From contig PHCZ01000002.1 in assembly GCA_002840895.1 (NCBI GenBank), positions 250,231 to 314,230 on the forward strand: a stretch of DNA of 64,000 bases, given 5' to 3'. The stretch is from Bacteroidetes bacterium HGW-Bacteroidetes-8 (GTDB lineage Bacteria > Bacteroidota > Bacteroidia > Bacteroidales > UBA932). Position numbers and translations under genes: made by a program. The notes beneath the pieces were generated by a model that did not search any database, was not told the origin of the DNA, and saw only the letters and a program-made list of their open reading frames with translations. Of the stretch, positions 1 to 9,759 are shown piece by piece; position 1 is the stretch's first letter; every line of letters begins with the position of its first letter.

Positions 1-837
1 GATATAATGTTTACTATTTTGTAGTTTTACAACTCCGGTATTTGTAAGGAAATATGGGTCAATATATGAAATTTCATTTATATATGAGTTCTTACGCAGA
101 TTTTCAATCCTATAATAAAGTGCTAGCATTAGTTGGAAGCTCTTTCTATTATCGTAAAATGTAAGAACTCCTAAGGATTGATTTGGGAAAACAACATCTC
201 CCGGTTTTACAAAAATTTCTCCCTGCCCAAAACCACTATAATTAGAAAATGTTCCATCTAAATGTTCAATTACTATTGAATTTCTTTTACTTGAATATGA
301 GAACTGCTGTGTTGTATCTGTTGGGAACATATCCACTAAATCAACCACAACTCCTTTTCTTATAGCACAAACAGTATCCTTGTTACTGCAGGTAAACATA
401 AATGATCTCCAGTTATGTGGCAAATCCAATCCCAGAAAGGTAGAACCAACCTCACTTAGAAACACCACATCAGAACTAATCCCACTTTTAAATGGCATCA
501 GATAAACAAAAGAGCTATCAATTCGTGGATTTGGTCTCCCTGGAGTGTATGTATAACTATACGATAAAGAAGTTGGATTGCTTGGATTTATCGGCTTTAA
601 TCTTACGAGAATACCCTTATCGTCGTATATCACAAATTTCTCCTTCGGCAATACAAGATTATTACTGCTAATTATAGATAGAGTCAGATAATAGCTCCCG
701 TAAAGTTGATTTTTTGTATATAAAACATCTATACTATTGTCATTATTTTTTTGACTCGTCAATCTTATTTCCTGAGAATTTACGGATTTAAGCGTTAATA
801 AAAGCAGTATCACTATAAGAGAAGATCTTTTGCTCAT
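1..837 (-). CDS. M23-family peptidase-like exported protein, 3' end outside window; catalytic zinc ligands not recognisable
   Basis: Absent from the ORF track. Hand translation from ATG 837 is open to base 1: MSKRSSLIVILLLLTLKSVNSQ (signal peptide)...DTVCAIRKGVVVD...NSIVIEHLDGTFSNY...IFVKPGDVVFPNQSLG, the M23 beta-barrel pattern. Confidence 0.7.
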   Translation of the reverse strand, partial: MSKRSSLIVILLLLTLKSVNSQEIRLTSQKNNDNSIDVLYTKNQLYGSYYLTLSIISSNNLVLPKEKFVIYDDKGILVRLKPINPSNPTSLSYSYTYTPGRPNPRIDSSFVYLMPFKSGISSDVVFLSEVGSTFLGLDLPHNWRSFMFTCSNKDTVCAIRKGVVVDLVDMFPTDTTQQFSYSSKRNSIVIEHLDGTFSNYSGFGQGEIFVKPGDVVFPNQSLGVLTFYDNRKSFQLMLALYYRIENLRKNSYINEISYIDPYFLTNTGVVKLQNSKHYI

Positions 838-891
838 CAAATTGGTAAGTTTTAAAATTTTCTATTTGACGCTCAAAACTAGCTTATTACA

Positions 892-931
892 AATTAATAT
901 CCAAATTTTTCTTAAAATTTGGATATTAATT
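892..931. repeat. Perfect 18-bp inverted repeat with 4-nt loop (terminator or operator)
   Basis: AATTAATATCCAAATTTT-TCTT-AAAATTTGGATATTAATT, between the TlpA stop (946) and the M23-like start (837). Confidence 0.75.
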
Positions 932-945
932 TTTAGCACTATAGA

Positions 946-1470
946 TTAAAGTTTAGTCTCTTTCTCAATAAGCTCAGATAAAACCTTCGCCTCCTCTTCT
1001 GAGTAACCCTGTTTCTGATAAATTATTTTTCCTGTTTTGCTAACCAGCACATTGCGCGGAATATACTTTGTAAAAAACCTTTCGTAAATCTTTTTGTCCG
1101 GATCCTCTGCAATAATAAATGTAAACCCTTTAGTTTCATTAAACTTTTTTAGCTGTTCTACTGTGTGTCCCCGACCAAATGCAACAACCTGGAAATTTTT
1201 TGACTTAAATTTTTTCCATATTCCTGATTCTATAAGAGGCATCTCCTCCATACACGGAGAGCACCAAGTTGCAAAGAATATCAAATGAAGAGTCTTCCCT
1301 TTAAAATCCGAAATTTTAAAGGTTTTCCCGTCAATTGTTGTAAACGAAAAGTCGGGCACATTCTGTCCTACTTTAGTAATATCAAATGACTCCGGATTGA
1401 TGTTTGTCTGTGCAAATGAATTGAAAGCAAAACACATTGCAATTAGTAAAATAATGTTCTTCTTAATCAT
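946..1470 (-). CDS. TlpA/ResA-like thiol-disulfide reductase (thioredoxin fold), exported
   Basis: Signal peptide; FFATWCSPC CxxC motif; PDFSFTTIDGK and IPRNVLV segments typical of TlpA. Confidence 0.9.
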   Translation of the reverse strand: MIKKNIILLIAMCFAFNSFAQTNINPESFDITKVGQNVPDFSFTTIDGKTFKISDFKGKTLHLIFFATWCSPCMEEMPLIESGIWKKFKSKNFQVVAFGRGHTVEQLKKFNETKGFTFIIAEDPDKKIYERFFTKYIPRNVLVSKTGKIIYQKQGYSEEEAKVLSELIEKETKL

Positions 1471-1624
1471 AATTATAATTATTGGTAAATTAGTTATTTA
1501 TACTCTGTTTTAATTGTCGAAGATTAAAAAAATGGTTTAAACAATAGCGACTGGCGGTTATAATTTTTAATAAATAAACAGCTATAAGGTCAAAAAGTAT
1601 TAGTTTTATAAAAATAATAAATCA

Positions 1625-2182
1625 ATGGAATCTGAAATACTCTTAAAGTTAAGCAAAGGTGATAAATCTGCATTCAGATATATTTTCGATGCCTATTATA
1701 AAAGTGTTTGCCTGTTCATTCAAAAAGTAATACGTGATCCTGATCTCTCCGAAGATATTGCTCAGGAGATATTTTTAAAAATTTGGGAAAAGAGACTCTT
1801 TTTTCCAAATTCGATGGCGTTAAAATCTTATCTGTATCAGGCAGCAAAAAATAGATCAATCAACGCAATCAATCACTTAGGAGTAAGAAAAAAGTATTAT
1901 GACAGTAGTTTCATCCCAGAAAAGTCAGATAATTTATTTATTCAGAACTTTATCGAACAAGAGACAAAACGTTTGATATTAAAAACCGTTGGCAAACTTC
2001 CTCAAAGAGCCAGAGAGGTGCTCTATTTAAGTCTTGATGGTCATAAAAACCAAGAGATTGCCAATAATTTAAGTATTTCAATACACACTGTGAAAGCACA
2101 TAAAGCTTTTGCATATAAATTCCTGAAAGAGAATCTTAAAGATCTCATCTTACTATTCACCTCATTGTTTATCAAAATCTAA
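1625..2182 (+). CDS. ECF RNA polymerase sigma-70 factor (Bacteroidetes FecI-like)
   Basis: AEDIAQEIFLKIW region 2; region 4 NQEIANNLSISIHTVKAH; directly upstream of a FecR gene. Confidence 0.92.
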   Translation: MESEILLKLSKGDKSAFRYIFDAYYKSVCLFIQKVIRDPDLSEDIAQEIFLKIWEKRLFFPNSMALKSYLYQAAKNRSINAINHLGVRKKYYDSSFIPEKSDNLFIQNFIEQETKRLILKTVGKLPQRAREVLYLSLDGHKNQEIANNLSISIHTVKAHKAFAYKFLKENLKDLILLFTSLFIKI

Positions 2183-2192
2183 ATTTTTTAAT

Positions 2193-2249
2193 AAAATACA
2201 TCTTTTTTGGAAAAGGAGTAGTTCCTTTTTTTATTACAGATGTTTTATA
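2193..2249 (+). promoter_or_regulatory. Hairpin with U-tract plus ECF-like -10 element (TGTTTTATA) ahead of fecR
   Basis: AAAAGGA-GTAGT-TCCTTTT stem followed by TTT, outer ACATCT/AGATGT arms. TGTTTTATA at 2241-2249 resembles TGTCTTATA upstream of the second fecR. Confidence 0.4.
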
Positions 2250-2259
2250 AGTATCTATT

Positions 2260-3453
2260 ATGAAAATGGAAAAAGAGAAATTTCTTCAAATCCCCGAAAT
2301 TATTGTAAAGGCAATAAACAGGGAAGCAAGTTCAGAGGAGACAGCGATTCTTGATGAGTGGTTGTCTCTGTCCGATAGCAACCGTCAATTGTTTGAAAAG
2401 TTTAAGAACAAGGAGAATCTTAATGAAATTATTAAGGAGTATTCAAAGATTGATGGTATAAGGGCGTGGGAAAAGATTGATAAAAAAGTATCTTCAAATC
2501 CATCCCGTTTGAAGCCAATTTACATAACGGTTTTAAAATATGCAGCTATAATTGCAATTCCACTTATTGTTGGAACTTATCTGCTTTTTAACAACCTCTC
2601 TCCAGAGGAATCCGAGAGTTCATTCTATAAACTTTCGGAGCAAATAGATAATCTGGAAGAGTCCTCGCTAATAATGGCAGATGGGAAGATTGTAAGTTTA
2701 ACCCCTTCTGCTGAGAAAGATTCAATCAATGAAGTTGATGGGACTCAAATAACAAAATTTAAGACAGAAATCCGCTATGCAAATTCAAAGCCTGTCAAAC
2801 AAAAAGAGGTCCAATACAACACTCTTATTACTCCAAAGAGTAAAGTATTCAACATAACTCTTTCTGATGGTACAAAAGTGTGGTTAAATGCCTCTTCTGC
2901 TATTAGATATCCCGTTCAATTTACATCCGGAACAAGAAAAATTTATCTTGCTGGGGAGGCGTACTTTGAGGTAGCAAAGGATATAAACCGCCCTTTCATT
3001 GTCACCACAGACAAAATGGATATTGAAGTAACAGGGACATCATTTAATGTAATGGCATATCCCAATGAAAATTCTGTAGAGGCAACTTTAGTGGAGGGAG
3101 AGGTAACAGTAAGAGCTGCAAAGCGAGATCTTATTCTTACTCCCGGATTGCAGGCAAAATTAAATAAAACATCTAATGAGTTTAAAGCAGAAAGTGTTAA
3201 TATAGACCTATATACATCCTGGAAAGAGGGGCTTTACATTTTTGAATATGAAAACATAAAAAATGTAATGACAAAGATATCGAGATGGTATGACTTCGAG
3301 ATAGTTTTTGAAGAATTATTAAATGAGAAGTTACACTTTTCCGGCACCCTTCATAAATACAACGATTTGAGACAAACATTGAATATTATTGAACTGACCA
3401 CAAATGTAAAATTTGAGATATCCGATAAAAAGATTATAGTGAGCAGAAAGTAA
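2260..3453 (+). CDS. FecR-family anti-sigma factor / sensor
   Basis: Single TM; LSDGTKVWLNASSAIRYP, LAGEAYFEV, VTGTSFNV, WKEG motifs. Confidence 0.92.
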   Translation: MKMEKEKFLQIPEIIVKAINREASSEETAILDEWLSLSDSNRQLFEKFKNKENLNEIIKEYSKIDGIRAWEKIDKKVSSNPSRLKPIYITVLKYAAIIAIPLIVGTYLLFNNLSPEESESSFYKLSEQIDNLEESSLIMADGKIVSLTPSAEKDSINEVDGTQITKFKTEIRYANSKPVKQKEVQYNTLITPKSKVFNITLSDGTKVWLNASSAIRYPVQFTSGTRKIYLAGEAYFEVAKDINRPFIVTTDKMDIEVTGTSFNVMAYPNENSVEATLVEGEVTVRAAKRDLILTPGLQAKLNKTSNEFKAESVNIDLYTSWKEGLYIFEYENIKNVMTKISRWYDFEIVFEELLNEKLHFSGTLHKYNDLRQTLNIIELTTNVKFEISDKKIIVSRK

Positions 3454-3514
3454 ACTAGCCCGGGATTGTTCTCAATTATTGAAATGCAGCTAACTTAAAC
3501 TAAATAAAAAAACT

Positions 3515-6500
3515 ATGAAAACCTTTCAAACAGAAACTTCTCCACAAATAAGAAGGAAATTCTTTTTTGTAGCGAAGATGAAGATTTTTATCTTTTTAAT
3601 AACTGCATTTCAATTTACATTATCTGCTCAAACAAACGAACCACGGCTTAGCATAAGCTTTAATAATGCGGGAATTGAGGATGCAATTGTTGAGATAAAA
3701 AAGCAATCGGGGTATAACTTCTTTTATGCCCACGAAGAGATCAATTTAAGTCACAGAATTAATCTAACTCTCAAAAATGCTCCTCTAAGTGAAGTTCTCA
3801 AAAAATGTTTTGAAAACTCGGGGTCAGATTATGAAATAGTAGACAAAGTAATTATAATCAAACCAAGTAAGAAACAAAAAGAGGCCGAGTCACAGAAACC
3901 TATAAAAAAAGTAAAAATTTCCGGTAGAGTTACATCCTCCGAAGATGGCTACACTATGCCGGGTGTAAGTATTCTGGTTAAAGGAACCACAACAGGAACA
4001 ACAACGGATTTAGATGGCAAATACACTCTGGATGTACCGGAAAACTCTACACTGGCCTTCTCATTTATTGGGTTTGAAACACAGGAACAGGAGGTATTGA
4101 ATAAATCGGAGATAAATATCGTTTTAAAATCCGGATTAAATGAACTTGACGAAGTAATTGTAACAGCAATCGGAACTACGGTTAAGGTAGATGAAACCGG
4201 AACTACCAGCTCAATTGTAAGATCTGAAGATATTGTAAAATCCGGGGAGGCCGGTATTATCAACTCATTGGCAGGAAAAGCTTCCGGTGTAAGAATCGGA
4301 AAATCAAACGGAGATCCGGGCTCCGGCTCTGCAATTCAAATCCGAGGATCTAATACAATAGCCGGTGCCAGCCAACCTTTGATTATCGTTGACGGAATGC
4401 CTGTAAGTAACGACAACATTGGTGCTGTAACTGTAAGTCAGCAATCTCGTCTCGATGATATTAACCCAAAGGATATAGAGTCAATTCAGATTTTAAAAGG
4501 GGCCTCAGCTGCCGCTCTATGGGGTTCAAGAGCTGCAAACGGAGTAATTGTAATAACAACCAAAAACGGAGCTTTAAACAAGAAGCCTGTAGTTCAATAC
4601 TCATTTAATCAATCTTTTGACGAAGTATCTGTTAGACAACCAATTCAAGACATTTATGGTCAGGGACAGAATGGAGTCTGGAGCTCTACTCTGGGAGAGT
4701 CGTGGGGAGATAAAATTGCGAATAGATCTGGTGGTGCAGATGATTTAGATCTAACCGGGGCATATTTTATATCGAATACTACCGGAAACAAATATTTCAA
4801 GGTAACTAAAAAGAACTCCAAAGAGACTTTCGTAGAGAAAAACTGGGATCTTGTGATGAGAACCGGATCTTTTTCACAGCATAATGTCTCTGTAACCGGA
4901 GGTGGAGAGAAGACATCGTATTTTTTCAGTTTCGAAAATATGGATCAGAAGGGGATAATCAGAAACTTCGACTACCATCGCAGAAACTTCAGACTAAACT
5001 CAAAGACCCATATCTATGACTGGCTGGTATGGGATAATAAAATCACCTACACCAACACAAATTCCAATAGAGTAGTTCAGGCAGGTGAGACTACAAACGG
5101 TATAATGCTTGGGCTTCTTAGGACTGCTCCGGACTATGATAACTCCGAATATATCGGGACATATGTGGACTCAAAAGGTGTCGCCTTCCCAAATAGACAA
5201 AAATTTTACAGAAGTCAGCTGGGAGAGTCGGCAAATCCACTATACAGCAATCCTTTGTGGACTATTAATGAGCAAAAAGCCCCAAGTAATGTAAATAGAT
5301 TTATTATCAATCCGGAACTCAAGATTTATCCTACAGAGTGGTTAAAGTTTATTATCAGAGGTGGTTTGGATTTCTATTATGACACACGTGGAGAGTTTTA
5401 TCCTATCGGATCTTCCGGCGCAGCAAGAGCATATGGTTTGTGGACAAATACCGACATAAAGAACAGAGAACTTAATCTTGACGGGATTATGATTGCTACA
5501 CACAACTTTAGCAAGAATGTCAAGGTTACTGCAACGTTGGGGGTTAACTACAATGACAGGGAGAGGTTTACAAACACAAATACCATTGCACCTTTTGCTG
5601 TAGATTCAAGAATGCAAACATCAGATCTGAATCCGGATAAAACGGCCTCTTTATGGAATACCAACTTAATTAAAATCCGGTCAAATCGTGGATATGGTGT
5701 CCTCAGCACAGAGCTATTCGACCAGCTGTTTATCACAATATCAGGTGCATTTGAGGCAGCCTCAACAATTAAAGGACGATTCTTTTACCCATCGGTAGAT
5801 CTTGCCTGGCAATTTACAGATGTGCTAAATACTAAATTACTAAGTTTTGGAAAACTAAGATTCGCTTGGGGTAAAGTGGGTATTCAACCGGCTCCGTACA
5901 AATTCTCTACTCTGGCTACTACCGGTTTTGCCTCCTTTGGTGGCAGTTTCCTTGTCTCTTCGGAGAAGGGGAATGAGAATTTAAAACCGGAGATTAAAAC
6001 AGAGCTGGAAATAGGTACAGACCTAAGATTTTTAAAGAACAGATTGGAGCTTGGATTTACATACTACAAAAACCAAACAAAAGATATACTTTTCGCTGTT
6101 AAAACAAACGCCAGTTCCGGTTATAGTTTCCATTACAAAAATGCAGCAGTAATTGAGAATAAAGGAGTTGAAATTGATCTTAACGGAAAGATAATAGATC
6201 AAAAAGAGATGAAATTATCTATGTTCGGTAATTTCAACAAAAACAATAATCTGGTAGTTGATATTGCAGGGGCAGAGACTGTAGACATTGGAGGAACTTC
6301 TAAGGCAGTAAAGGGTTACCCGATGAGCTCGTTTTACCTTCCGGGGTCGGTTAGAGACGAAAACAACAACCTTGTTCTGGATGCTAACGGGTTCCCTAGG
6401 CTTGATACTAAATACAGAGTCCTTGGAGATCCAAATCCTGATTGGAGAGGAGGTCTGGGTGCAGAATTTGTATACAAAAAATTTGATTTCAGTGTTTTAT

Positions 6501-7009
6501 TTGAACATTCAAGCGGTGGAGAGTATATTGACCGTACAAAACACGTTCTTTATGGCTTTGGCCTTCATCCTGAGGTATCTAATGAGGTAACACTCACAGA
6601 GGATCTGAAAAAAATTAATGGGCAAATTGTTGCAGCCGGAACAACTGTACGTGGTAACATCGCAAACTTCGGAGGTGGAAATGTATTACTTGAAGAGAGT
6701 TACTACAGAGGAATCGGCGGAGGTTTGGGATTCAATAAACTAAACGACTTTTTCGTTGAGGATGCAACCTGGACCAAGCTGCGTAATATTGCAGTAGGCT
6801 ATACCTTTAGCAAAATAAAAATTACAAAGAAATTCGCCTTCAACTCTGTTAGAATATCTGTGACAGGACGTGATCTCATTCTCTGGACAAAACTTAAGGG
6901 TATAGATCCGGAAACCAATAACTATGGAGTAAGTAATGCTTCCGGTATGAACTACTTTAATAACCCGGCCACGCGCTCTGTTCTATTTAATCTTCAGGTT
7001 AATTTCTAA
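3515..7009 (+). CDS. SusC/RagA TonB-dependent transporter with N-terminal STN signalling domain
   Basis: STN segment, carboxypeptidase-regulatory-like domain (GTTTGTTTDLDGKY), plug motif LKGASAAALWGSRAANGVIVITTK, C-terminal Phe. Confidence 0.95.
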   Translation: MKTFQTETSPQIRRKFFFVAKMKIFIFLITAFQFTLSAQTNEPRLSISFNNAGIEDAIVEIKKQSGYNFFYAHEEINLSHRINLTLKNAPLSEVLKKCFENSGSDYEIVDKVIIIKPSKKQKEAESQKPIKKVKISGRVTSSEDGYTMPGVSILVKGTTTGTTTDLDGKYTLDVPENSTLAFSFIGFETQEQEVLNKSEINIVLKSGLNELDEVIVTAIGTTVKVDETGTTSSIVRSEDIVKSGEAGIINSLAGKASGVRIGKSNGDPGSGSAIQIRGSNTIAGASQPLIIVDGMPVSNDNIGAVTVSQQSRLDDINPKDIESIQILKGASAAALWGSRAANGVIVITTKNGALNKKPVVQYSFNQSFDEVSVRQPIQDIYGQGQNGVWSSTLGESWGDKIANRSGGADDLDLTGAYFISNTTGNKYFKVTKKNSKETFVEKNWDLVMRTGSFSQHNVSVTGGGEKTSYFFSFENMDQKGIIRNFDYHRRNFRLNSKTHIYDWLVWDNKITYTNTNSNRVVQAGETTNGIMLGLLRTAPDYDNSEYIGTYVDSKGVAFPNRQKFYRSQLGESANPLYSNPLWTINEQKAPSNVNRFIINPELKIYPTEWLKFIIRGGLDFYYDTRGEFYPIGSSGAARAYGLWTNTDIKNRELNLDGIMIATHNFSKNVKVTATLGVNYNDRERFTNTNTIAPFAVDSRMQTSDLNPDKTASLWNTNLIKIRSNRGYGVLSTELFDQLFITISGAFEAASTIKGRFFYPSVDLAWQFTDVLNTKLLSFGKLRFAWGKVGIQPAPYKFSTLATTGFASFGGSFLVSSEKGNENLKPEIKTELEIGTDLRFLKNRLELGFTYYKNQTKDILFAVKTNASSGYSFHYKNAAVIENKGVEIDLNGKIIDQKEMKLSMFGNFNKNNNLVVDIAGAETVDIGGTSKAVKGYPMSSFYLPGSVRDENNNLVLDANGFPRLDTKYRVLGDPNPDWRGGLGAEFVYKKFDFSVLFEHSSGGEYIDRTKHVLYGFGLHPEVSNEVTLTEDLKKINGQIVAAGTTVRGNIANFGGGNVLLEESYYRGIGGGLGFNKLNDFFVEDATWTKLRNIAVGYTFSKIKITKKFAFNSVRISVTGRDLILWTKLKGIDPETNNYGVSNASGMNYFNNPATRSVLFNLQVNF

Positions 7010-7021
7010 AAACTTTATCAA

Positions 7022-8419
7022 ATGAAAACAAGAATTTTTAAATATATAGTCGTAATAGCTGTATTACTATTTACGAGTTGCGAGAAACTCGTAGAGAACA
7101 TTAATGACAATCCTAATCAGCTGACTCTTGACAATGTTAAGCCTTCGCTTTTCCTAAATGGAGCTGAATTGTCAAATATTGACATACAGCTGGGTTATCT
7201 GAACCGTATGGCGGGGTTTTACACCGGGCAATTAATAGGACTTGAGCAAATAGAAAAATCCAGATATGAGTATAGTATCACAAATGCCACATTTGACTGG
7301 AACGGTTATCAAACTGTAATCAGTCCAATTAAAGAGATACGAAAAAGAACCACCGATAATCCGTTTTATCAGGCAATTACAAAAGTCATTGAAGCTAACC
7401 TTATTGGAACTTACGCATCTCTTTTTGGAGACGTTCCTCACACTGAGGCTGTAACCGATATTGAGAATCCAAAGTTTGACGATCAGCTCGAAATATTCAA
7501 AAATCTGCAAACTATGCTTTCGGAGGCAATTGAAGATCTAAATAAGGCTACGGGATTTGTAGTTGAAAAAGACTATGTTTTTGCCGGGAACAGAGTTAAA
7601 TGGCTGGAGAGTGCATATACCCTCAAAGCAAGATACTATATGTTAACAAAAGAGTATGATCTTGCCTATACAGCAGCACAAAGTGGCATATCATCAAAAG
7701 CCAATAGTATGATGTTCCTCCCAATGACTACGGTCGGAGACAACAGTTCAAAAAATAAAATATTTCTGGCTCTATCAAATGCTTTTACCGTTGGAAATGT
7801 TAATAGTTATTTGGTTCAGCTGCTAAACACAAACAGCAGCATCTCCAGAAACAATGTAAAAACTAACGAAGCAGCCAGGCTGGCTTACTACACAATAAAC
7901 CACGCCAACCCTACAGCTAACACAGGAATTGCTGCAGCTTTAGAGCCTCAACCAATAATAACATACCAGGAGAATCTTTTAATACTTGCAGAGGCAGGTG
8001 CCAGAACAAAAGGTTTAATCACAGGGTTGTCCCATCTTAACACCTTAAGAGCGGCATTGAATACAGGGACATTTTTTAACTCGAGTGTATCTACAGTAGT
8101 TAAAAAATATGACCCTTATATAGACGCAGATTTCAATGCGGGAGGGATTGAGAACAAAGACAACATTATCCCATTAAGAGCTCTTCTTAGAGAGATAATA
8201 GAGGAGAGGTATATCTCCGGGTTTACCACATTTATGCCTTATGATGACTCACGAAGATTGAAGAAATCGGATTCAGACATATCTGTGCCGTTCCCTCTAA
8301 ATGTCGCAACTGCTACTCAAAACATAGAGAGATTTCTTTTCCCTGCAGATGAGGTTGCCTCAAATAATATGTCTCCTGCAGATCCCGGAATGTTCTCTAA
8401 AACCAAGGTAAATAAATAG
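7022..8419 (+). CDS. SusD/RagB-family outer-membrane lipoprotein
   Basis: Lipobox FTSC; FGDVPHTEA...PKFDDQ and IIEERY motifs; directly downstream of susC. Confidence 0.9.
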   Translation: MKTRIFKYIVVIAVLLFTSCEKLVENINDNPNQLTLDNVKPSLFLNGAELSNIDIQLGYLNRMAGFYTGQLIGLEQIEKSRYEYSITNATFDWNGYQTVISPIKEIRKRTTDNPFYQAITKVIEANLIGTYASLFGDVPHTEAVTDIENPKFDDQLEIFKNLQTMLSEAIEDLNKATGFVVEKDYVFAGNRVKWLESAYTLKARYYMLTKEYDLAYTAAQSGISSKANSMMFLPMTTVGDNSSKNKIFLALSNAFTVGNVNSYLVQLLNTNSSISRNNVKTNEAARLAYYTINHANPTANTGIAAALEPQPIITYQENLLILAEAGARTKGLITGLSHLNTLRAALNTGTFFNSSVSTVVKKYDPYIDADFNAGGIENKDNIIPLRALLREIIEERYISGFTTFMPYDDSRRLKKSDSDISVPFPLNVATATQNIERFLFPADEVASNNMSPADPGMFSKTKVNK

Positions 8420-8424
8420 TAGTT

Positions 8425-9651
8425 ATGAAGAGTTTAAAATTTGTAATCACTATTTGGTTGCTGCTGTTCACATACCAGTTAATTGCCTGCACAACATATA
8501 TAATTTCCGGTAAATTTACTCCGGACGGAAAACCAATTCTATTCAAAAACCGCGATACAGATATGGTTAAGAATTCTCTGGTTCTGTTTACAGACGGTAA
8601 ATACAAATATATGGGTGTAGTTAACGGATCCGAAAAGGGGTGGGACAAATCTGTCTGGGGCGGATATAACGAAAAGGGATTTGCTATTATTAACTCTGCA
8701 GCCTATAATAATAATATAGACGACACAACATCCTTCAAGGGGATGGATGGCGTTTTAATGAAAAAAGCTCTGATGGTATGCAGCTGTCTGGAAGATTTTG
8801 AGAAATTTCTGGACACCTTAAAAAAGCCCTATGGTGTAAATTCGAACTATGGAGTCATTGATGCCTACGGTGGAGCAGCATATTACGAAACCGGCAACTT
8901 TAAGTATATTAAAGTAGATGCTAATGACCCTGCTACTGCACCCGATGGAATCATAATCCGGACAAACCACTCTATGAGCAGCGACCTCTCTAAAGGGTTT
9001 GGGTTCAATAGATTTGAGACAGCTAGGCTTATTTTGAGTGAAGCGGCAAAAGCAAAGAAGCTCACACCTGAATACTTGATGAAGAGCATACCAAGGTCTC
9101 TTTATCACGCAAGAATAGGAAGAGATCTCTCTCATAATATGCCGGCTAAAAGAGATGTCCCAAAATATGAGTTCTTTGTTGACTACATTCCAAGATTGTC
9201 CACTACCTCTTCGTTTATGATTGTAGGAGTAAATGATAAAGATAAAGTAGATGAAACAATGATGTGGACAATTTTAGGATTTCCTCTCACATCCCCTGCT
9301 ATTCCTGCCTGGCTCTCTGCAGGTGAGGTTCCAAGAGCATTGGCAATGGACAAAGAGTATGAATCACCAATCTGCACAGCTTCATTAAAATTTAAAGAGG
9401 ATTGTTTCCCTTTGATAATAGATCACGGCACAAACTACATTAACCTTTCGGCAGTGATTAACAAAGAGAAAAAGGGATATCTGCAGATGTTAATGCCTTT
9501 GGAAAAGACAATTTTTGACAAAACAAATCTTGTTATTAAGGAGATTGAAAAGGGCACAAAATCAAAAGAGGATATCAGATTATTATATAGTTGGATAGAC
9601 GAGTTCCTATCAACAAAATATAAAGAGCTATTCAAATATGATCTTTTTTAA
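8425..9651 (+). CDS. Ntn-hydrolase, peptidase C45 / acyl-CoA:6-APA acyltransferase-like amidohydrolase, exported
   Basis: Signal peptide then A|CTTYIISGKFTPDGKPILFKNRD (N-terminal Cys nucleophile pattern), NEKGFAIINS, RTNHS. Confidence 0.8.
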   Translation: MKSLKFVITIWLLLFTYQLIACTTYIISGKFTPDGKPILFKNRDTDMVKNSLVLFTDGKYKYMGVVNGSEKGWDKSVWGGYNEKGFAIINSAAYNNNIDDTTSFKGMDGVLMKKALMVCSCLEDFEKFLDTLKKPYGVNSNYGVIDAYGGAAYYETGNFKYIKVDANDPATAPDGIIIRTNHSMSSDLSKGFGFNRFETARLILSEAAKAKKLTPEYLMKSIPRSLYHARIGRDLSHNMPAKRDVPKYEFFVDYIPRLSTTSSFMIVGVNDKDKVDETMMWTILGFPLTSPAIPAWLSAGEVPRALAMDKEYESPICTASLKFKEDCFPLIIDHGTNYINLSAVINKEKKGYLQMLMPLEKTIFDKTNLVIKEIEKGTKSKEDIRLLYSWIDEFLSTKYKELFKYDLF

Positions 9652-9719
9652 ATAATTAGGTGTTGAATTAAATGTGGTTGTTTCAATTTCGTTCCAGATG
9701 TAACTAATTGTTTTGGTAT

Positions 9720-9741
9720 GAGCTCCGGTTTCCCGGAGCTC
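9720..9741. terminator. Bidirectional intrinsic terminator between convergent genes
   Basis: GAGCTCCGG-TTTC-CCGGAGCTC, 9-bp stem between stops at 9651(+) and 9760(-). Confidence 0.75.
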
Positions 9742-9759
9742 TACTATTTTGACGCCGGG

